A stretch of 64,000 nt of DNA from an uncultured bacterium (GTDB lineage: Bacteria > Bacillota_I > Bacilli_A > Acholeplasmatales > Anaeroplasmataceae), in the NCBI GenBank assembly GCA_949291115.1, contig CASETY010000002.1, forward strand, positions 10,348 through 74,347. The letters are read 5' to 3'. The translations under genes were made by a program, and so were the position numbers. This document shows, in pieces, positions 12,931 to 22,569 of this stretch (position 1 is the first letter of the stretch; each line of letters begins with the position of its first letter). The notes beneath the pieces are model-generated. The model worked only from the letters and a program-made list of their open reading frames with translations. It was not told the DNA's origin and did not search any database.

Positions 12931-14307
12931 TTAGCCATTAAAAGAAGCCAATTCATACTCAACAAAATGCTTTTTTCTTTGATAAACAATGTAGAAAGAT
13001 GGAATTAGTAACATACAAGCACCTATCCACGCGAAAACTTCAGTTAGATAAACACCAAGTTCAGCAAAAACACTTGGTAAAGTATAAGCAAAGCTAATAC
13101 GCATTACTAATTCTACTACTCCAGAAAGCATCGGAATAACTGTATTTCCTAACCCCTGTAATGCACTTCTATAAGTATATAATAAATATAATGTGCTTAA
13201 AGCATAAGCCATAACTTTTATATAATCATAACCAACTTTTATTACCTCTACACGATTTGCTTCCCCTTCTTTGACGAAGAAACTTATTAAATAGTCACCT
13301 AGGAAAATAACTGCTACACTAATAAAAATAGACATAAAGACAGCTAATACAGCCCCTTTATTGACACCTTCTAAAATTCTTTTAAAATTTTTAGCTCCAT
13401 AATTTTGACTTACATAAGTAGTCATTGCTAAACCAAATGAAGTGGCACAAATTTCAAGCATACCATATAACTTATTAGAAGCTGTACAACCAGCGATAAA
13501 TACTTTCCCAAAACTATTAATGACATTTTGAACAAATAAACCACCAATTGAAATAATTACCCCTTGCATAGCTACTGGTAAAGCCAGAATAACTAATTCT
13601 TTTATTATTTTTAAATCAATTCTAAATCCTTTTAAACTAACCAATTTATGCTTAATTACAAAAAATAAAACTACTAGGCCACTAGCCCCTTGACTAATAA
13701 TAGTAGCTATCGCTGCTCCGGCAATCCCCATATTAAAAGTTATAACAAATAATAAGTCTAAACCTATATTTAATAAGGCCGCTACTATCATTGCAATTAA
13801 TGGTGATTTACTATCACCAAAACTTCTTAAAATACTAGCATTTATTTGAAATAACATATTTAAAGGAACGCCATAAATAATAATTTTTAAATATAAGACT
13901 GCTAAATCTAATATTTCATCAGGTGTATGCATCATCACTAAAAAGTGACGTAAACTTAATTCACCAATTAAAACTACTAAAATAGCAATAATTATACTTA
14001 AAAATATACTATTTTGAATGGCTAATTTTAAAGTATTTTGATCTTTTTTCCCAAAAGCCTTAGCGATTAAAATGCCAAATCCTTGTGGAAATAACAAAAC
14101 AATAGATGTAAATAAATAATTAAGCCAATCGGTAGCTCCTACAGCTGATAATGCATCAGTTCCTACAAATTTACCAACAATAGCAGCATCAATCACATAA
14201 TATAACTGATTAAAAACATTGCCTAGCATAAGTGGTAAAGAAAATAATAGTATTAGTTTTAAAGGTTCTCCTTCTGTTAATTTCTTTACTCTTTGCAAGA
14301 AAATCAC
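12931..14307 (-). CDS. MATE family efflux transporter
   Basis: 458 aa with about 12 TM segments. The typical MATE N-terminus is present (PLMLGNVFNQLYYVIDAAIVGKFVGTDALSAVG). A GTG start overlaps the upstream TGA. Confidence 0.85.
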   Translation of the reverse strand: MIFLQRVKKLTEGEPLKLILLFSLPLMLGNVFNQLYYVIDAAIVGKFVGTDALSAVGATDWLNYLFTSIVLLFPQGFGILIAKAFGKKDQNTLKLAIQNSIFLSIIIAILVVLIGELSLRHFLVMMHTPDEILDLAVLYLKIIIYGVPLNMLFQINASILRSFGDSKSPLIAMIVAALLNIGLDLLFVITFNMGIAGAAIATIISQGASGLVVLFFVIKHKLVSLKGFRIDLKIIKELVILALPVAMQGVIISIGGLFVQNVINSFGKVFIAGCTASNKLYGMLEICATSFGLAMTTYVSQNYGAKNFKRILEGVNKGAVLAVFMSIFISVAVIFLGDYLISFFVKEGEANRVEVIKVGYDYIKVMAYALSTLYLLYTYRSALQGLGNTVIPMLSGVVELVMRISFAYTLPSVFAELGVYLTEVFAWIGACMLLIPSFYIVYQRKKHFVEYELASFNG

Positions 14308-14897
14308 AACCTTTCTGCTTTTATTATGTAATACCCTTTCTTATGATTAATAATAGAAACTTTAGAAAATAAATTTTCAAGACACTTAATGGTTGAAGGT
14401 GCTCCTTGTTTCTTTTGAATTACTACATATAAAGCCCCTCTTTCCATTAGTCGTTCATAAGCCCCTTTATAAATAGCAAAGACAATTTCTTTGCCAGCTC
14501 TAATAGGCGGATTTACTAAAATATCTTTAAACTTACATTCTGGTAAGTTTTCATACAAGTTGCCAGTAAAAAGCTTAGTTTCAACATTATTTAATAATAA
14601 ATTATCTTTATTTAAATTATAACAACGTAAATTAATATCTGTTTGATAAACATCTAAATTATAAAGCTTTTTTAATACTATACCAATAACTCCATAACCA
14701 GAACACATATCTAAAACAGGCCCTTCTAAACTATTTGGCTCATAATTATCGATTAATAGATAACTACCAAAATCAATATAATTTTTAGAAAAGACACCAC
14801 TATCAGTTTTAAAAACAAATTCCAAATTACGATAATTAAAAGTAAATGTCTTAGGATTTGATTTAGATGTTTGCGTTTGATCGTAATAATGACTCAT
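14304..14897 (-). CDS. Class I SAM-dependent methyltransferase (RsmC/YbxB-like)
   Basis: 197 aa. It has VLDMCSGYGVIG (SAM motif I) and NPPI. It occupies the same position between rplL and rpoB as B. subtilis ybxB. Confidence 0.7.
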   Translation of the reverse strand: MSHYYDQTQTSKSNPKTFTFNYRNLEFVFKTDSGVFSKNYIDFGSYLLIDNYEPNSLEGPVLDMCSGYGVIGIVLKKLYNLDVYQTDINLRCYNLNKDNLLLNNVETKLFTGNLYENLPECKFKDILVNPPIRAGKEIVFAIYKGAYERLMERGALYVVIQKKQGAPSTIKCLENLFSKVSIINHKKGYYIIKAERL

Positions 14898-14925
14898 AAA
14901 AAAAATAAAAGGGCAAATGCCCTTT
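14898..14925 (-). terminator. Intrinsic terminator after rplL
   Basis: Minus strand has AAAGGGCAUUUGCCCUUU followed by UAUUUUUUU. Confidence 0.6.
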
Positions 14926-14936
14926 TACCTCCAAAA

Positions 14937-15311
14937 TTACTTAACTTCTACTTCAGCACCAGCAGCTTCTAATTTTTGTTTTAATTCATCAGCTTCTGCT
15001 TTGCTTACTTTTTCTTTAACAGCTTTAGGAGCATTGTCTACTAAATCTTTAGCTTCTTTTAAACCTAAACCAGTAACTTCTTTTACAACTTTAATTACAT
15101 TTAATTTGCTAGCACCAGCAGCTTTTAAAACTACATCGAATTCAGTTTTTTCAGCAGCTGCAGAAGTTTCGCCACCTTGAGCAGGAGCAGCAGCTACTGC
15201 AGTTGGGTCGATACCAAATTCTTCTTTCATAGCATCTACTAATTCTTTTACTTCAAGAATAGTCATTTCTTTTAATGATTCAATAAATTGTTCTTTTGTT
15301 AATTTAGCCAT
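14937..15311 (-). CDS. rplL: 50S ribosomal protein L7/L12
   Basis: [25 protein letters not shown]... The start is taken at the second ATG (15311), preceded by GGAGGAAAAGAAA. The ORF-track start at 15326 is an upstream extension. Confidence 0.95.
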   Translation of the reverse strand: MAKLTKEQFIESLKEMTILEVKELVDAMKEEFGIDPTAVAAAPAQGGETSAAAEKTEFDVVLKAAGASKLNVIKVVKEVTGLGLKEAKDLVDNAPKAVKEKVSKAEADELKQKLEAAGAEVEVK

Positions 15312-15336
15312 TTTCTTTTCCTCCAATTAATAATAA

Positions 15337-15837
15337 TTAAGCTTGACTACTTTCTTTTTGTTCAACTAACATATTTAAGCCGATAGCAAGTTGACTTACA
15401 GTACCTAACATACCAGCTGCTAATTGAGTTAATAATGTTTCGTATGATGGTAACTTAGATAATTGTTCTAATTTAGCATAGTCATAAACATCACCATCAA
15501 CAACACCAGTAACAACTTCAACCATTGAGTTGTCCTTAGCAAATTTGAAAATTTCTTTTGCTGGGGCAACCATATCTTCACTTGCAAAAATTAAAGCAAG
15601 TGGGCCAGCGATTAAATCAGCAAATCCATCATAACCGCATTCTTTTGCAGCTCTACGAGAGATGTTATTTTTAATAACAGCTACTTCACAACCATGTGAA
15701 CGCATATCTCTACGTAATTGCATGAATTTTTCTACGCTAAGACCTTGATATTTAAAGGCTACCACAGATTTTGATGATTTCATCTTTTCAACCAATTCAT
15801 TAACTTGGTTAACTTTTAGTTCTACTGAACTATTCAT
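15337..15837 (-). CDS. rplJ: 50S ribosomal protein L10
   Basis: MNSSVELKVNQVNELVEKMK... The start at 15837 is preceded by GGAGGTG. The ORF-track start at 15852 is a TTG inside the SD region. Confidence 0.9.
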   Translation of the reverse strand: MNSSVELKVNQVNELVEKMKSSKSVVAFKYQGLSVEKFMQLRRDMRSHGCEVAVIKNNISRRAAKECGYDGFADLIAGPLALIFASEDMVAPAKEIFKFAKDNSMVEVVTGVVDGDVYDYAKLEQLSKLPSYETLLTQLAAGMLGTVSQLAIGLNMLVEQKESSQA

Positions 15838-15850
15838 GTGACACCTCCAC

Positions 15851-15955
15851 AAAATAATAAAATCTTCTCTCCGAAATAGAAAGAAGATTTTTTTAATCTT
15901 TATTCTACCTCGGTAGAAATTAAGTGCTTACGCACACCTACTGTCTTTGGTAAAA
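15851..15955 (-). promoter_or_regulatory. rplJ (L10) leader with GNRA-capped stem and attenuator terminator
   Basis: Minus strand reads ACCAAAGACAGUAGGUGUGCGUAAGCACUUAAUUUCUACCGAGGUA (a nested stem with a GUGC-GUAA-GCAC hairpin). This is followed by AUCUUCU..AGAAGAU plus UUUAUUAUUUU, just upstream of the rplJ SD. The position and layout match the Firmicute L10-leader type. Confidence 0.5.
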
Positions 15956-15962
15956 ACAATAT

Positions 15963-16664
15963 TTATTTAGTAGCTTCAACAATAGTGTCTGGATTTAATT
16001 TAACACCAGGACCCATTGTAGAGGCAACAGATACATTTTTAATATATGCACCCTTAACTGTTGAAGGGCGTACACGCATTAAAGTGTCATAAACTGCTCT
16101 TAAGTTTTGAGCTAATTTAACGGCACCAAATGATGCTTTACCGATAGTCATTTGAATATTACCTACTTTATCAGGTCTATATTCAACTTTACCATTTTTA
16201 ATCTCTGCTACAGCTTTAGCAACATCCATAGTTACTGTACCAGTTTTAGGGTTTGGCATTAAACCTTTAGGACCAAGTACACGACCTAAACGACCTAATT
16301 CACCCATCATATCTGGAGTAGCTACGATAACATCAAAATCAAACCAACCTTGGTTAATCTTTTGAATATATTCGCTATCACCAACATAATCAGCTCCAGC
16401 GTTTTGTGCTTCAGCTTGTTTAGCTCCACGGCATAAAACTAAAACTTTACGAGTTTTACCAGTACCATTAGGTAATACAATGGCACCACGAATGTTTTGT
16501 TCAGCCTTACGTGGATCAAGATTTAAACGGAAAGCAACATCAATAGAAGCGTCGAATTTAGTAGTTGATGTTTTGCAAGCTAAGTCTAAAGCTTCTTTAG
16601 CACTATATACTTTAGTTTGGTCAACTAATTTAAGAGCTTCTACGTATTTTTTTCCTCTTTTCAT
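15963..16664 (-). CDS. rplA: 50S ribosomal protein L1
   Basis: 233 aa, with [10 protein letters not shown]...[10 protein letters not shown]...ATPDMMG...[11 protein letters not shown]. Confidence 0.96.
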   Translation of the reverse strand: MKRGKKYVEALKLVDQTKVYSAKEALDLACKTSTTKFDASIDVAFRLNLDPRKAEQNIRGAIVLPNGTGKTRKVLVLCRGAKQAEAQNAGADYVGDSEYIQKINQGWFDFDVIVATPDMMGELGRLGRVLGPKGLMPNPKTGTVTMDVAKAVAEIKNGKVEYRPDKVGNIQMTIGKASFGAVKLAQNLRAVYDTLMRVRPSTVKGAYIKNVSVASTMGPGVKLNPDTIVEATK

Positions 16665-16681
16665 ATTTATCCTCCTAAAAT

Positions 16682-16708
16682 GTGGTATAAGCGGGATTTT
16701 CCTCCCAC
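16682..16708 (-). promoter_or_regulatory. L1-site-like element B in the rplK-rplA spacer
   Basis: Minus strand reads GUGGGAGGAAAAUCCCGCUUAUACCAC, about 8 nt before the rplA SD. It is a near-copy of the element at 17191..17216. Confidence 0.4.
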
Positions 16709-16741
16709 AAATTTAGGCTGTTTTAACAACCTTGAAAATAA

Positions 16742-17164
16742 CTATTCAACAACAATACCCATGTTTCTAGCTGTACCTTCGATAATACGAGCGGCAGCTT
16801 CAACATCGTTTGCGTTTAAATCAGGCATTTTCATTTTGGCAATTTCCATTACCTTGTCTTTAGATACTTTGCCAACCTTATTTGCTTTAGGGTTGCCAGA
16901 GCCTTTTTCAATACCAGCAGCTTTCTTTAATAAGTCAGAAGCTGGTGGAGTTTTTACAACAAATGTAAAAGAACGATCCTCGTACACTGAAATTACTACA
17001 GGTAGTACGTATCCCATTTTATCTTTAGTTTGTTCATTGAATTGAGAACAGAAGCCTGGGATATTAACGCCTGCTTGGCCTAATGCTGGACCAACTGGTG
17101 GCGCTGGATTAGCTTTGCCGGCTTGAATTTGTAGTTTTACAACTTTAACAACTTTCTTAGCCAT
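16742..17164 (-). CDS. rplK: 50S ribosomal protein L11
   Basis: 140 aa, with [35 protein letters not shown]... Confidence 0.96.
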   Translation of the reverse strand: MAKKVVKVVKLQIQAGKANPAPPVGPALGQAGVNIPGFCSQFNEQTKDKMGYVLPVVISVYEDRSFTFVVKTPPASDLLKKAAGIEKGSGNPKANKVGKVSKDKVMEIAKMKMPDLNANDVEAAARIIEGTARNMGIVVE

Positions 17165-17190
17165 CTTTTTTTCCTCCTTCTTTCAATGAT

Positions 17191-17216
17191 GTGGTCTAAC
17201 GGATAAATCCTCCCAC
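17191..17216 (-). promoter_or_regulatory. L1-site-like element A in the rplK leader
   Basis: Minus strand reads GUGGGAGGAUUUAUCCGUUAGACCAC in the 5' UTR of rplK. It folds as an outer GUGG/CCAC stem, an inner GGA-loop-UCC hairpin and an asymmetric loop. Confidence 0.4.
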
Positions 17217-17239
17217 CCACGCTTTATACGTGCTTTGGT

Positions 17240-17268
17240 ATTATAGCAAATTAACTTCTCAATTGCAA
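17240..17268 (-). promoter_or_regulatory. Sigma-A promoter for rplKAJL
   Basis: Minus strand reads TTGCAA (17268..17263), a 17 nt spacer, then TATAAT (17245..17240). Confidence 0.55.
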
Positions 17269-17316
17269 CAATAAAATACGATTTTTTCGTTTTAGTTATA
17301 AGAAAAAAAGCCTATA

Positions 17317-18042
17317 TTAGGCTTCTCGTTCACTAATTAAATTTTTAAAGTAAGGGTAGATGTCATTACTTAGCTCTAACGTCTTTAAATTGTTTAAATT
17401 TAATTTAAAATTAGTGGGTCTTTCTTTATCATAATTAATAATATCTAAAAAATCACTACTAGAAAAAGCACCATCACCTTTGCCCTCAAAAGATAAAATA
17501 TCACTTAACTTAAAGAAAATAGGCTCTTTATTAACACTATTTAAATCTGGATATTTAAAAATATAACTTTTTTTGAATTTTTTAATTTCTTCTCTAACTA
17601 AAACATCTTCTTTAATATAAAAATAAAAATCATCATAAATGAAATAAACAATCTTCTTATTTATATTAAATTTAGTATGGTTATTAAAATTAACAGCTTT
17701 AAAATGCATATCTTTATATGAAGATAGGGAAACTTCTAAAAATATATTTAAATTTATTAGATAAAGCTTTTCATAAATAGCTGGTATTGGCATTATATAA
17801 ACAACTGTTAATATCGCCATTATGTAAAAAATAACTTCTAAATATAAATAGATATTTAAAAAATGAAAGATAACACCAACAACTAAAAGAATAAAACTAA
17901 AAATTAAACCCATAATTTCTAAATTAGTAAAAGAAAGTCCTAAATAAGACTTAACTATCCTTAAATCATGTTTACTTAGGACTTCCCCTTTACTAAGCTT
18001 CTTTAAAATCAAAATATAACTAATCAATGTATTCACCATCAA
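17317..18042 (-). CDS. Hypothetical membrane protein (2-3 TM N-terminal, soluble C-terminal domain)
   Basis: 241-aa ORF whose start overlaps the CDF gene end by 23 nt. Hydrophobic segments are LIFSFILLVVGVIFHFL and VIFYIMAILTVVYIMPIPAI. I recognise no family. Confidence 0.45.
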   Translation of the reverse strand: MMVNTLISYILILKKLSKGEVLSKHDLRIVKSYLGLSFTNLEIMGLIFSFILLVVGVIFHFLNIYLYLEVIFYIMAILTVVYIMPIPAIYEKLYLINLNIFLEVSLSSYKDMHFKAVNFNNHTKFNINKKIVYFIYDDFYFYIKEDVLVREEIKKFKKSYIFKYPDLNSVNKEPIFFKLSDILSFEGKGDGAFSSSDFLDIINYDKERPTNFKLNLNNLKTLELSNDIYPYFKNLISEREA

Positions 18043-19192
18043 AATTAATTATAAAATATAGTTTTTGTTTATTATCTTTAAAATATTCTTCTACTTTTGT
18101 TTTAATCTCTTCTTCTGTTAATTTATATTTAAAAGGAACTACAACATCAAATAAAACATTAGTATGGCTATCACCTTTAACAATTCTAAAATCATGGAAA
18201 TGAAGATTTAATTCATCCATTAAAATAGTTAATTTAGCTTTTAATTCTAAACTATATTTATCATTAATATCGATTGGATCCATATGAATTGTTAATTCTA
18301 GTTGATATTTGTTGCCGATTTCTCTTTCAATATTATCTATCTCATCATGAATAAGCAATAAATCTTTTGAACTATCCACTTCCACATGTAAAGTCATAAA
18401 TGATTTAGTTGGTCCATACATATGACATCTTACATCATGGACACCTAATACTACTTTATATTTTTTAATATCATTTAATATATTTTGGATATATTCATGG
18501 TCAGGAGTTACCCCAATTAACGGATCAACTGTTTCTTTAACCATTTTAATACCACTAATTAGAATAAAAATAGCCACTAAAATACCTAAAACACCATCTA
18601 ATGAAAAAGGAATATTAGGAAAGAAATAAATAATAAGACTGCCTATCAAAATAACACTAGTAGAAACAACGTCATTAATAGAATCTGCAGCCGTCGCTTC
18701 TAAAGCAACTGAATTAATTTTTTTACCTATTTGTTTATAAAATAATCCTTGTAATAATTTAATAATTATGGAAATACCTAAAATAATAAACGCAACTATC
18801 GAAAGTTCACTTTTGGTGTTATCTTTAATAGCTGTTATAGACTGCATTAATAATTGAAAACCAACTACCAAAATTATAATACTAACAATTAAGCCTGCTA
18901 TATATTCAATACGTTCATGTCCATAAGGATGTTCTTTATCAGCTGGAGCGTTAGACATTTTAAAACCAATTAAAGTAACTACTGAACTACCCATATCCGA
19001 AATATTATTAACACTATCACCAACAATAGATACACTACCAGTTAATAAACCAATAGTAAATTTCATGATAAATAACACTAAATTAGAAATGATACCTCCT
19101 ACACAAGCTAATTTCCCATGCGCATCTCTAACTTTTTGGTTAGTTACATCTTCATAATTTTTAATAAATTTACGTCTTAAAAAATCAACCAT
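18020..19192 (-). CDS. Cation diffusion facilitator (CDF) family metal efflux transporter
   Basis: 390 aa with six TM segments. Motifs are GSVSIVGDSVNNISD and EHPYGHERIEY, plus a C-terminal cytoplasmic domain. Confidence 0.85.
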   Translation of the reverse strand: MVDFLRRKFIKNYEDVTNQKVRDAHGKLACVGGIISNLVLFIMKFTIGLLTGSVSIVGDSVNNISDMGSSVVTLIGFKMSNAPADKEHPYGHERIEYIAGLIVSIIILVVGFQLLMQSITAIKDNTKSELSIVAFIILGISIIIKLLQGLFYKQIGKKINSVALEATAADSINDVVSTSVILIGSLIIYFFPNIPFSLDGVLGILVAIFILISGIKMVKETVDPLIGVTPDHEYIQNILNDIKKYKVVLGVHDVRCHMYGPTKSFMTLHVEVDSSKDLLLIHDEIDNIEREIGNKYQLELTIHMDPIDINDKYSLELKAKLTILMDELNLHFHDFRIVKGDSHTNVLFDVVVPFKYKLTEEEIKTKVEEYFKDNKQKLYFIINFDGEYID

Positions 19193-19193
19193 A

Positions 19194-20399
19194 TTATCCT
19201 AAAATCCCGGAAAAAGTAATAATTTCCCATCTATCTAAAGTATTGTCTAAATTATCAACAACTTTACGATAAACAACTAATGTGACTTTATCGCCTACTA
19301 TCATATCATTTAAATAATACTTTAATTCATCTGACCTAGAAACTATATTATCATTAATCTTATAAATAATATCACCAGCTTTAAGGCCGTTATATTTATT
19401 ATCTTGCTCATCAACACCATTTAACTTAACACCATTGCCTAATGGTTCAACTGCTTGAATATAAATACCTGCAACTTGATTGTTTGGTAATTTGTCATAA
19501 TCCTCATCATTTAATGTGGCATTTAGATTAGTTACCGTAATTCCTAATTGTGGTCTTTCTATAACTGTATGTGAAGCTTCGATATCTTCCACTACACTTC
19601 TTACTGTCCAAACAGGAATAGCTTCACCAATACCATCAATTGGTACTTCTATTATATTACCATTTTCATCAGTTTCTGTAATAGTTGTCATTTTTGATAC
19701 ATTAATACCAATTAGACGACCACTAGTATTAAATAGGCCACCACCACTATTACCTGGATTAATTGGAGCAGAATGATTAATAGCATTTAAACTAACTTTT
19801 CCTACTAAGCCAAATGTTGGATAATTGAAATTATCTAAATCTAAAGGACAACCAATCGCTACAACATAACTGCCAACTTTCGCTATATCTGTTATCGTTT
19901 CTTCACCATCTTCATTATAGAAACCTTTAATAGGTTGAAGACCTTCAGTATTAACCGGGCATTTAAAAGTTAAAACCGCTAAATCATTAACGGGATCACT
20001 ACCTAATAAATCAGCCTTATAATAAGTGTCCTCGCCAACATAAATACGGTAACTAGTTTGTTTATTGCCATCTAAATTAACCACATGTTCATTAGTAACA
20101 ACATAACATAAAGCTATTTTAGTTTCACTAGTCATAGTTTTATCAGTATCTTCATCTATGGCTTTATAAATTACACCACTACCAATTGCAGCTCTATTAC
20201 CAGCACTAACTCTAATACCAACTGCACTTTTACTTACTTCTTCAATTGTTTTAGTTAATTCATTTTGAACTTGAATTACATTAGTGTTTTCATTTTCAAT
20301 GGTATTTATTTGAACATTAGGATCACTAAAACCTAAATTACAGCTACTTAAAGCAAAAAGTCCTAAACACGCTAACATTATTTTACTTAAATTTCGCAT
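19194..20399 (-). CDS. HtrA/DegP-like trypsin-family serine protease with PDZ domain; predicted lipoprotein
   Basis: 401 aa. It has a lipobox (LFALSSC), a catalytic GNSGGGLF, TNEHVV (His) and a C-terminal PDZ-like region (GLKAGDIIYKIND). Confidence 0.8.
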   Translation of the reverse strand: MRNLSKIMLACLGLFALSSCNLGFSDPNVQINTIENENTNVIQVQNELTKTIEEVSKSAVGIRVSAGNRAAIGSGVIYKAIDEDTDKTMTSETKIALCYVVTNEHVVNLDGNKQTSYRIYVGEDTYYKADLLGSDPVNDLAVLTFKCPVNTEGLQPIKGFYNEDGEETITDIAKVGSYVVAIGCPLDLDNFNYPTFGLVGKVSLNAINHSAPINPGNSGGGLFNTSGRLIGINVSKMTTITETDENGNIIEVPIDGIGEAIPVWTVRSVVEDIEASHTVIERPQLGITVTNLNATLNDEDYDKLPNNQVAGIYIQAVEPLGNGVKLNGVDEQDNKYNGLKAGDIIYKINDNIVSRSDELKYYLNDMIVGDKVTLVVYRKVVDNLDNTLDRWEIITFSGILG

Positions 20400-20401
20400 T
20401 T

Positions 20402-21178
20402 TTAATCCTCCAATTTAAATAATTTTAAAGTATTATTATCAATAATTGTTTCTAATTCTTTAATATCTATATTACGTAATTTACCAATTTCTTCTAAAAT
20501 CAAAGGTAGATAACTACTTTCATTTCTTTTACCCCTATAAGGTGTTGGGGCTAAATAAGGTGAATCCGTTTCAATTAATAAAGATTCAATAGGTATTAAA
20601 GTAGCCACTCTTTTTGGCTCTTTAGCATTTTTAAAAGTAACAGGCCCACCAAGAGAAATATAAAGACCTAATTCTATAAACTTTAAAGCCATTTCATATG
20701 AAGAACTAAAGCAATGCATAACTCCTCTTACCTGACCTTTAAATTCTTTTAATATTTCATATGTATCATTAATAGCATCTCTTGAATGAACTATAATTGG
20801 TAAATCATGTTTAATAGCTAATTTAATTTGTTCAATGAAACATAGCTTCTGTTCTTCTTTATAAGTAATGTCATAATGATAATCTAAACCACATTCACCA
20901 ATGGCATAAGTCTTATGTTCATGAATAAATTTTTCTAGATTAATTAATTTATTTTTATAATTTTCATCGACTTCACTAGGATGTATTCCACATGTTGAAT
21001 ATAAGAAGCCTTGGTGTTTTAACATTTCATTATAACTAATTAAATTAGTATCCTCACTAAAGCCAACTAGAATTATTTTTTTAACACCAGCTATTTTAGC
21101 TCTATTAATTGTTTCAAAATAATCTTCTTTAAAGGCATCATCATAAATATGTGAATGAGAATCAATCATAACATCCAC
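20402..21178 (-). CDS. TatD family metal-dependent hydrolase/DNase
   Basis: 258 aa, with DSHSHI, GECGLDYHY, IVHSRDA and ETDSPYL motifs. Confidence 0.88.
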   Translation of the reverse strand: MDVMIDSHSHIYDDAFKEDYFETINRAKIAGVKKIILVGFSEDTNLISYNEMLKHQGFLYSTCGIHPSEVDENYKNKLINLEKFIHEHKTYAIGECGLDYHYDITYKEEQKLCFIEQIKLAIKHDLPIIVHSRDAINDTYEILKEFKGQVRGVMHCFSSSYEMALKFIELGLYISLGGPVTFKNAKEPKRVATLIPIESLLIETDSPYLAPTPYRGKRNESSYLPLILEEIGKLRNIDIKELETIIDNNTLKLFKLED

Positions 21179-21210
21179 TCCTTTAATTTGTTATTATACC
21201 ATTTATTGAC

Positions 21211-21265
21211 AAAAAAAGAAAAGGGCTAAGCCCTTAAAAAAGAAAAACTCGTCCGAAGACGAGTT
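21211..21265 (-). terminator. Tandem intrinsic terminators after tuf
   Basis: Minus strand has AACUCGUC-uucg-GACGAGUU followed by UUUCUUUUUU. This is followed by AAGGGC-uua-GCCCUU and UUCUUUUUUU. Confidence 0.6.
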
Positions 21266-21276
21266 AATCATTAAAA

Positions 21277-22461
21277 TTATTCGATAATTTCAGTAACTGA
21301 ACCAGCACCTACAGTGTGGCCACCTTCACGAATTGAGAATTTTGTACCATTTTCAATTGCGATTGGGTGAATTAATTCAACAGTCATAACAGTATTATCG
21401 CCTGGCATTACCATTTCTACACCTGGTTCAAGAGTGATTACACCTGTAACGTCAGTTGTACGGAAATAGAATTGTGGACGATAGTTAGAGAAGAATGGAG
21501 TATGACGGCCACCTTCTTCTTTAGTTAATACGTAAACTTGAGCTTTGAATTTGTGATGTGGGTGAACTGATTTTGGTTTAGCTAATACTTGACCACGTTG
21601 TACTTGTTCACGTGAAATACCACGTAATAATACACCGATGTTGTCACCAGCTTCAGCTTGATCAAGCATTTTTCTGAACATTTCAAGACCAGTAACTACT
21701 GAAGATTGAGTTTCATGGATACCAACGATTTCAACAGTGTCACCTACTTTAACTGTACCACGTTCAACACGGCCAGTAACTACTGTACCACGACCAGTGA
21801 TTGTCATAACGTCTTCGATAGGCATTAAGAATGGTTTGTCAGTTTCACGATCTGGTGTAGGAATGTATTCATCAACGATATTCATTAATTCTTCTACTTT
21901 TTCTACCCATTTAGGTTCGCCATTTAAAGCGCCTAAAGCTGAACCACGAACGATTGGAGTATCGTCACCAGGGAAACCGTATTCGCTTAATAATTCACGT
22001 GTATCCATTTCTACTAAGTCGATTAATTCTTCATCATCAACCATATCGCATTTATTTAAGAATACAACAATTCTAGGTACACCTACTTGACGAGCTAATA
22101 AGATGTGTTCACGAGTTTGAGCCATAGGTCCATCTGTAGCTGCGATAACTAAGATAGCACCATCCATTTGAGCTGCACCAGTGATCATGTTTTTAACATA
22201 ATCGGCATGTCCTGGACAGTCTACGTGTGCATAGTGACGTTTGTCAGTTTCATATTCAACGTGTGCTGAGTTGATAGTGATACCACGAGCTTTTTCTTCT
22301 GGAGCAGCGTCGATAGCATCATAAGCTTTAGCTTGAGCTAAACCTTTTTTAGCTAATACGTTAGTAATAGCTGCAGTTAATGTAGTTTTACCATGGTCAA
22401 CGTGGCCAATTGTACCAATGTTAACATGTGGTTTTGTACGAACATATTTTTCCTTTGCCAT
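21277..22461 (-). CDS. tuf: Elongation factor Tu
   Basis: 394 aa, with [28 protein letters not shown]...DCPGHADY...NKCD. Confidence 0.98.
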   Translation of the reverse strand: MAKEKYVRTKPHVNIGTIGHVDHGKTTLTAAITNVLAKKGLAQAKAYDAIDAAPEEKARGITINSAHVEYETDKRHYAHVDCPGHADYVKNMITGAAQMDGAILVIAATDGPMAQTREHILLARQVGVPRIVVFLNKCDMVDDEELIDLVEMDTRELLSEYGFPGDDTPIVRGSALGALNGEPKWVEKVEELMNIVDEYIPTPDRETDKPFLMPIEDVMTITGRGTVVTGRVERGTVKVGDTVEIVGIHETQSSVVTGLEMFRKMLDQAEAGDNIGVLLRGISREQVQRGQVLAKPKSVHPHHKFKAQVYVLTKEEGGRHTPFFSNYRPQFYFRTTDVTGVITLEPGVEMVMPGDNTVMTVELIHPIAIENGTKFSIREGGHTVGAGSVTEIIE

Positions 22462-22569
22462 TATAATGGTCCTCCTAATATATTTTAATCATCTTGATTA
22501 AATTTATCATATCTATTTTACTAAATATGATTGGTAAAATCAAGTAATACCTTAATATTTTAACAAATA

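Noticed and set aside
22462-22569. Possible internal promoter for tuf (TTGATT-17-TAAAAT on the minus strand) in the fusA-tuf spacer.
   Set aside because: It is plausible, but the hexamers are weak and AT-rich spacers give many such matches, so it is not listed as a feature.
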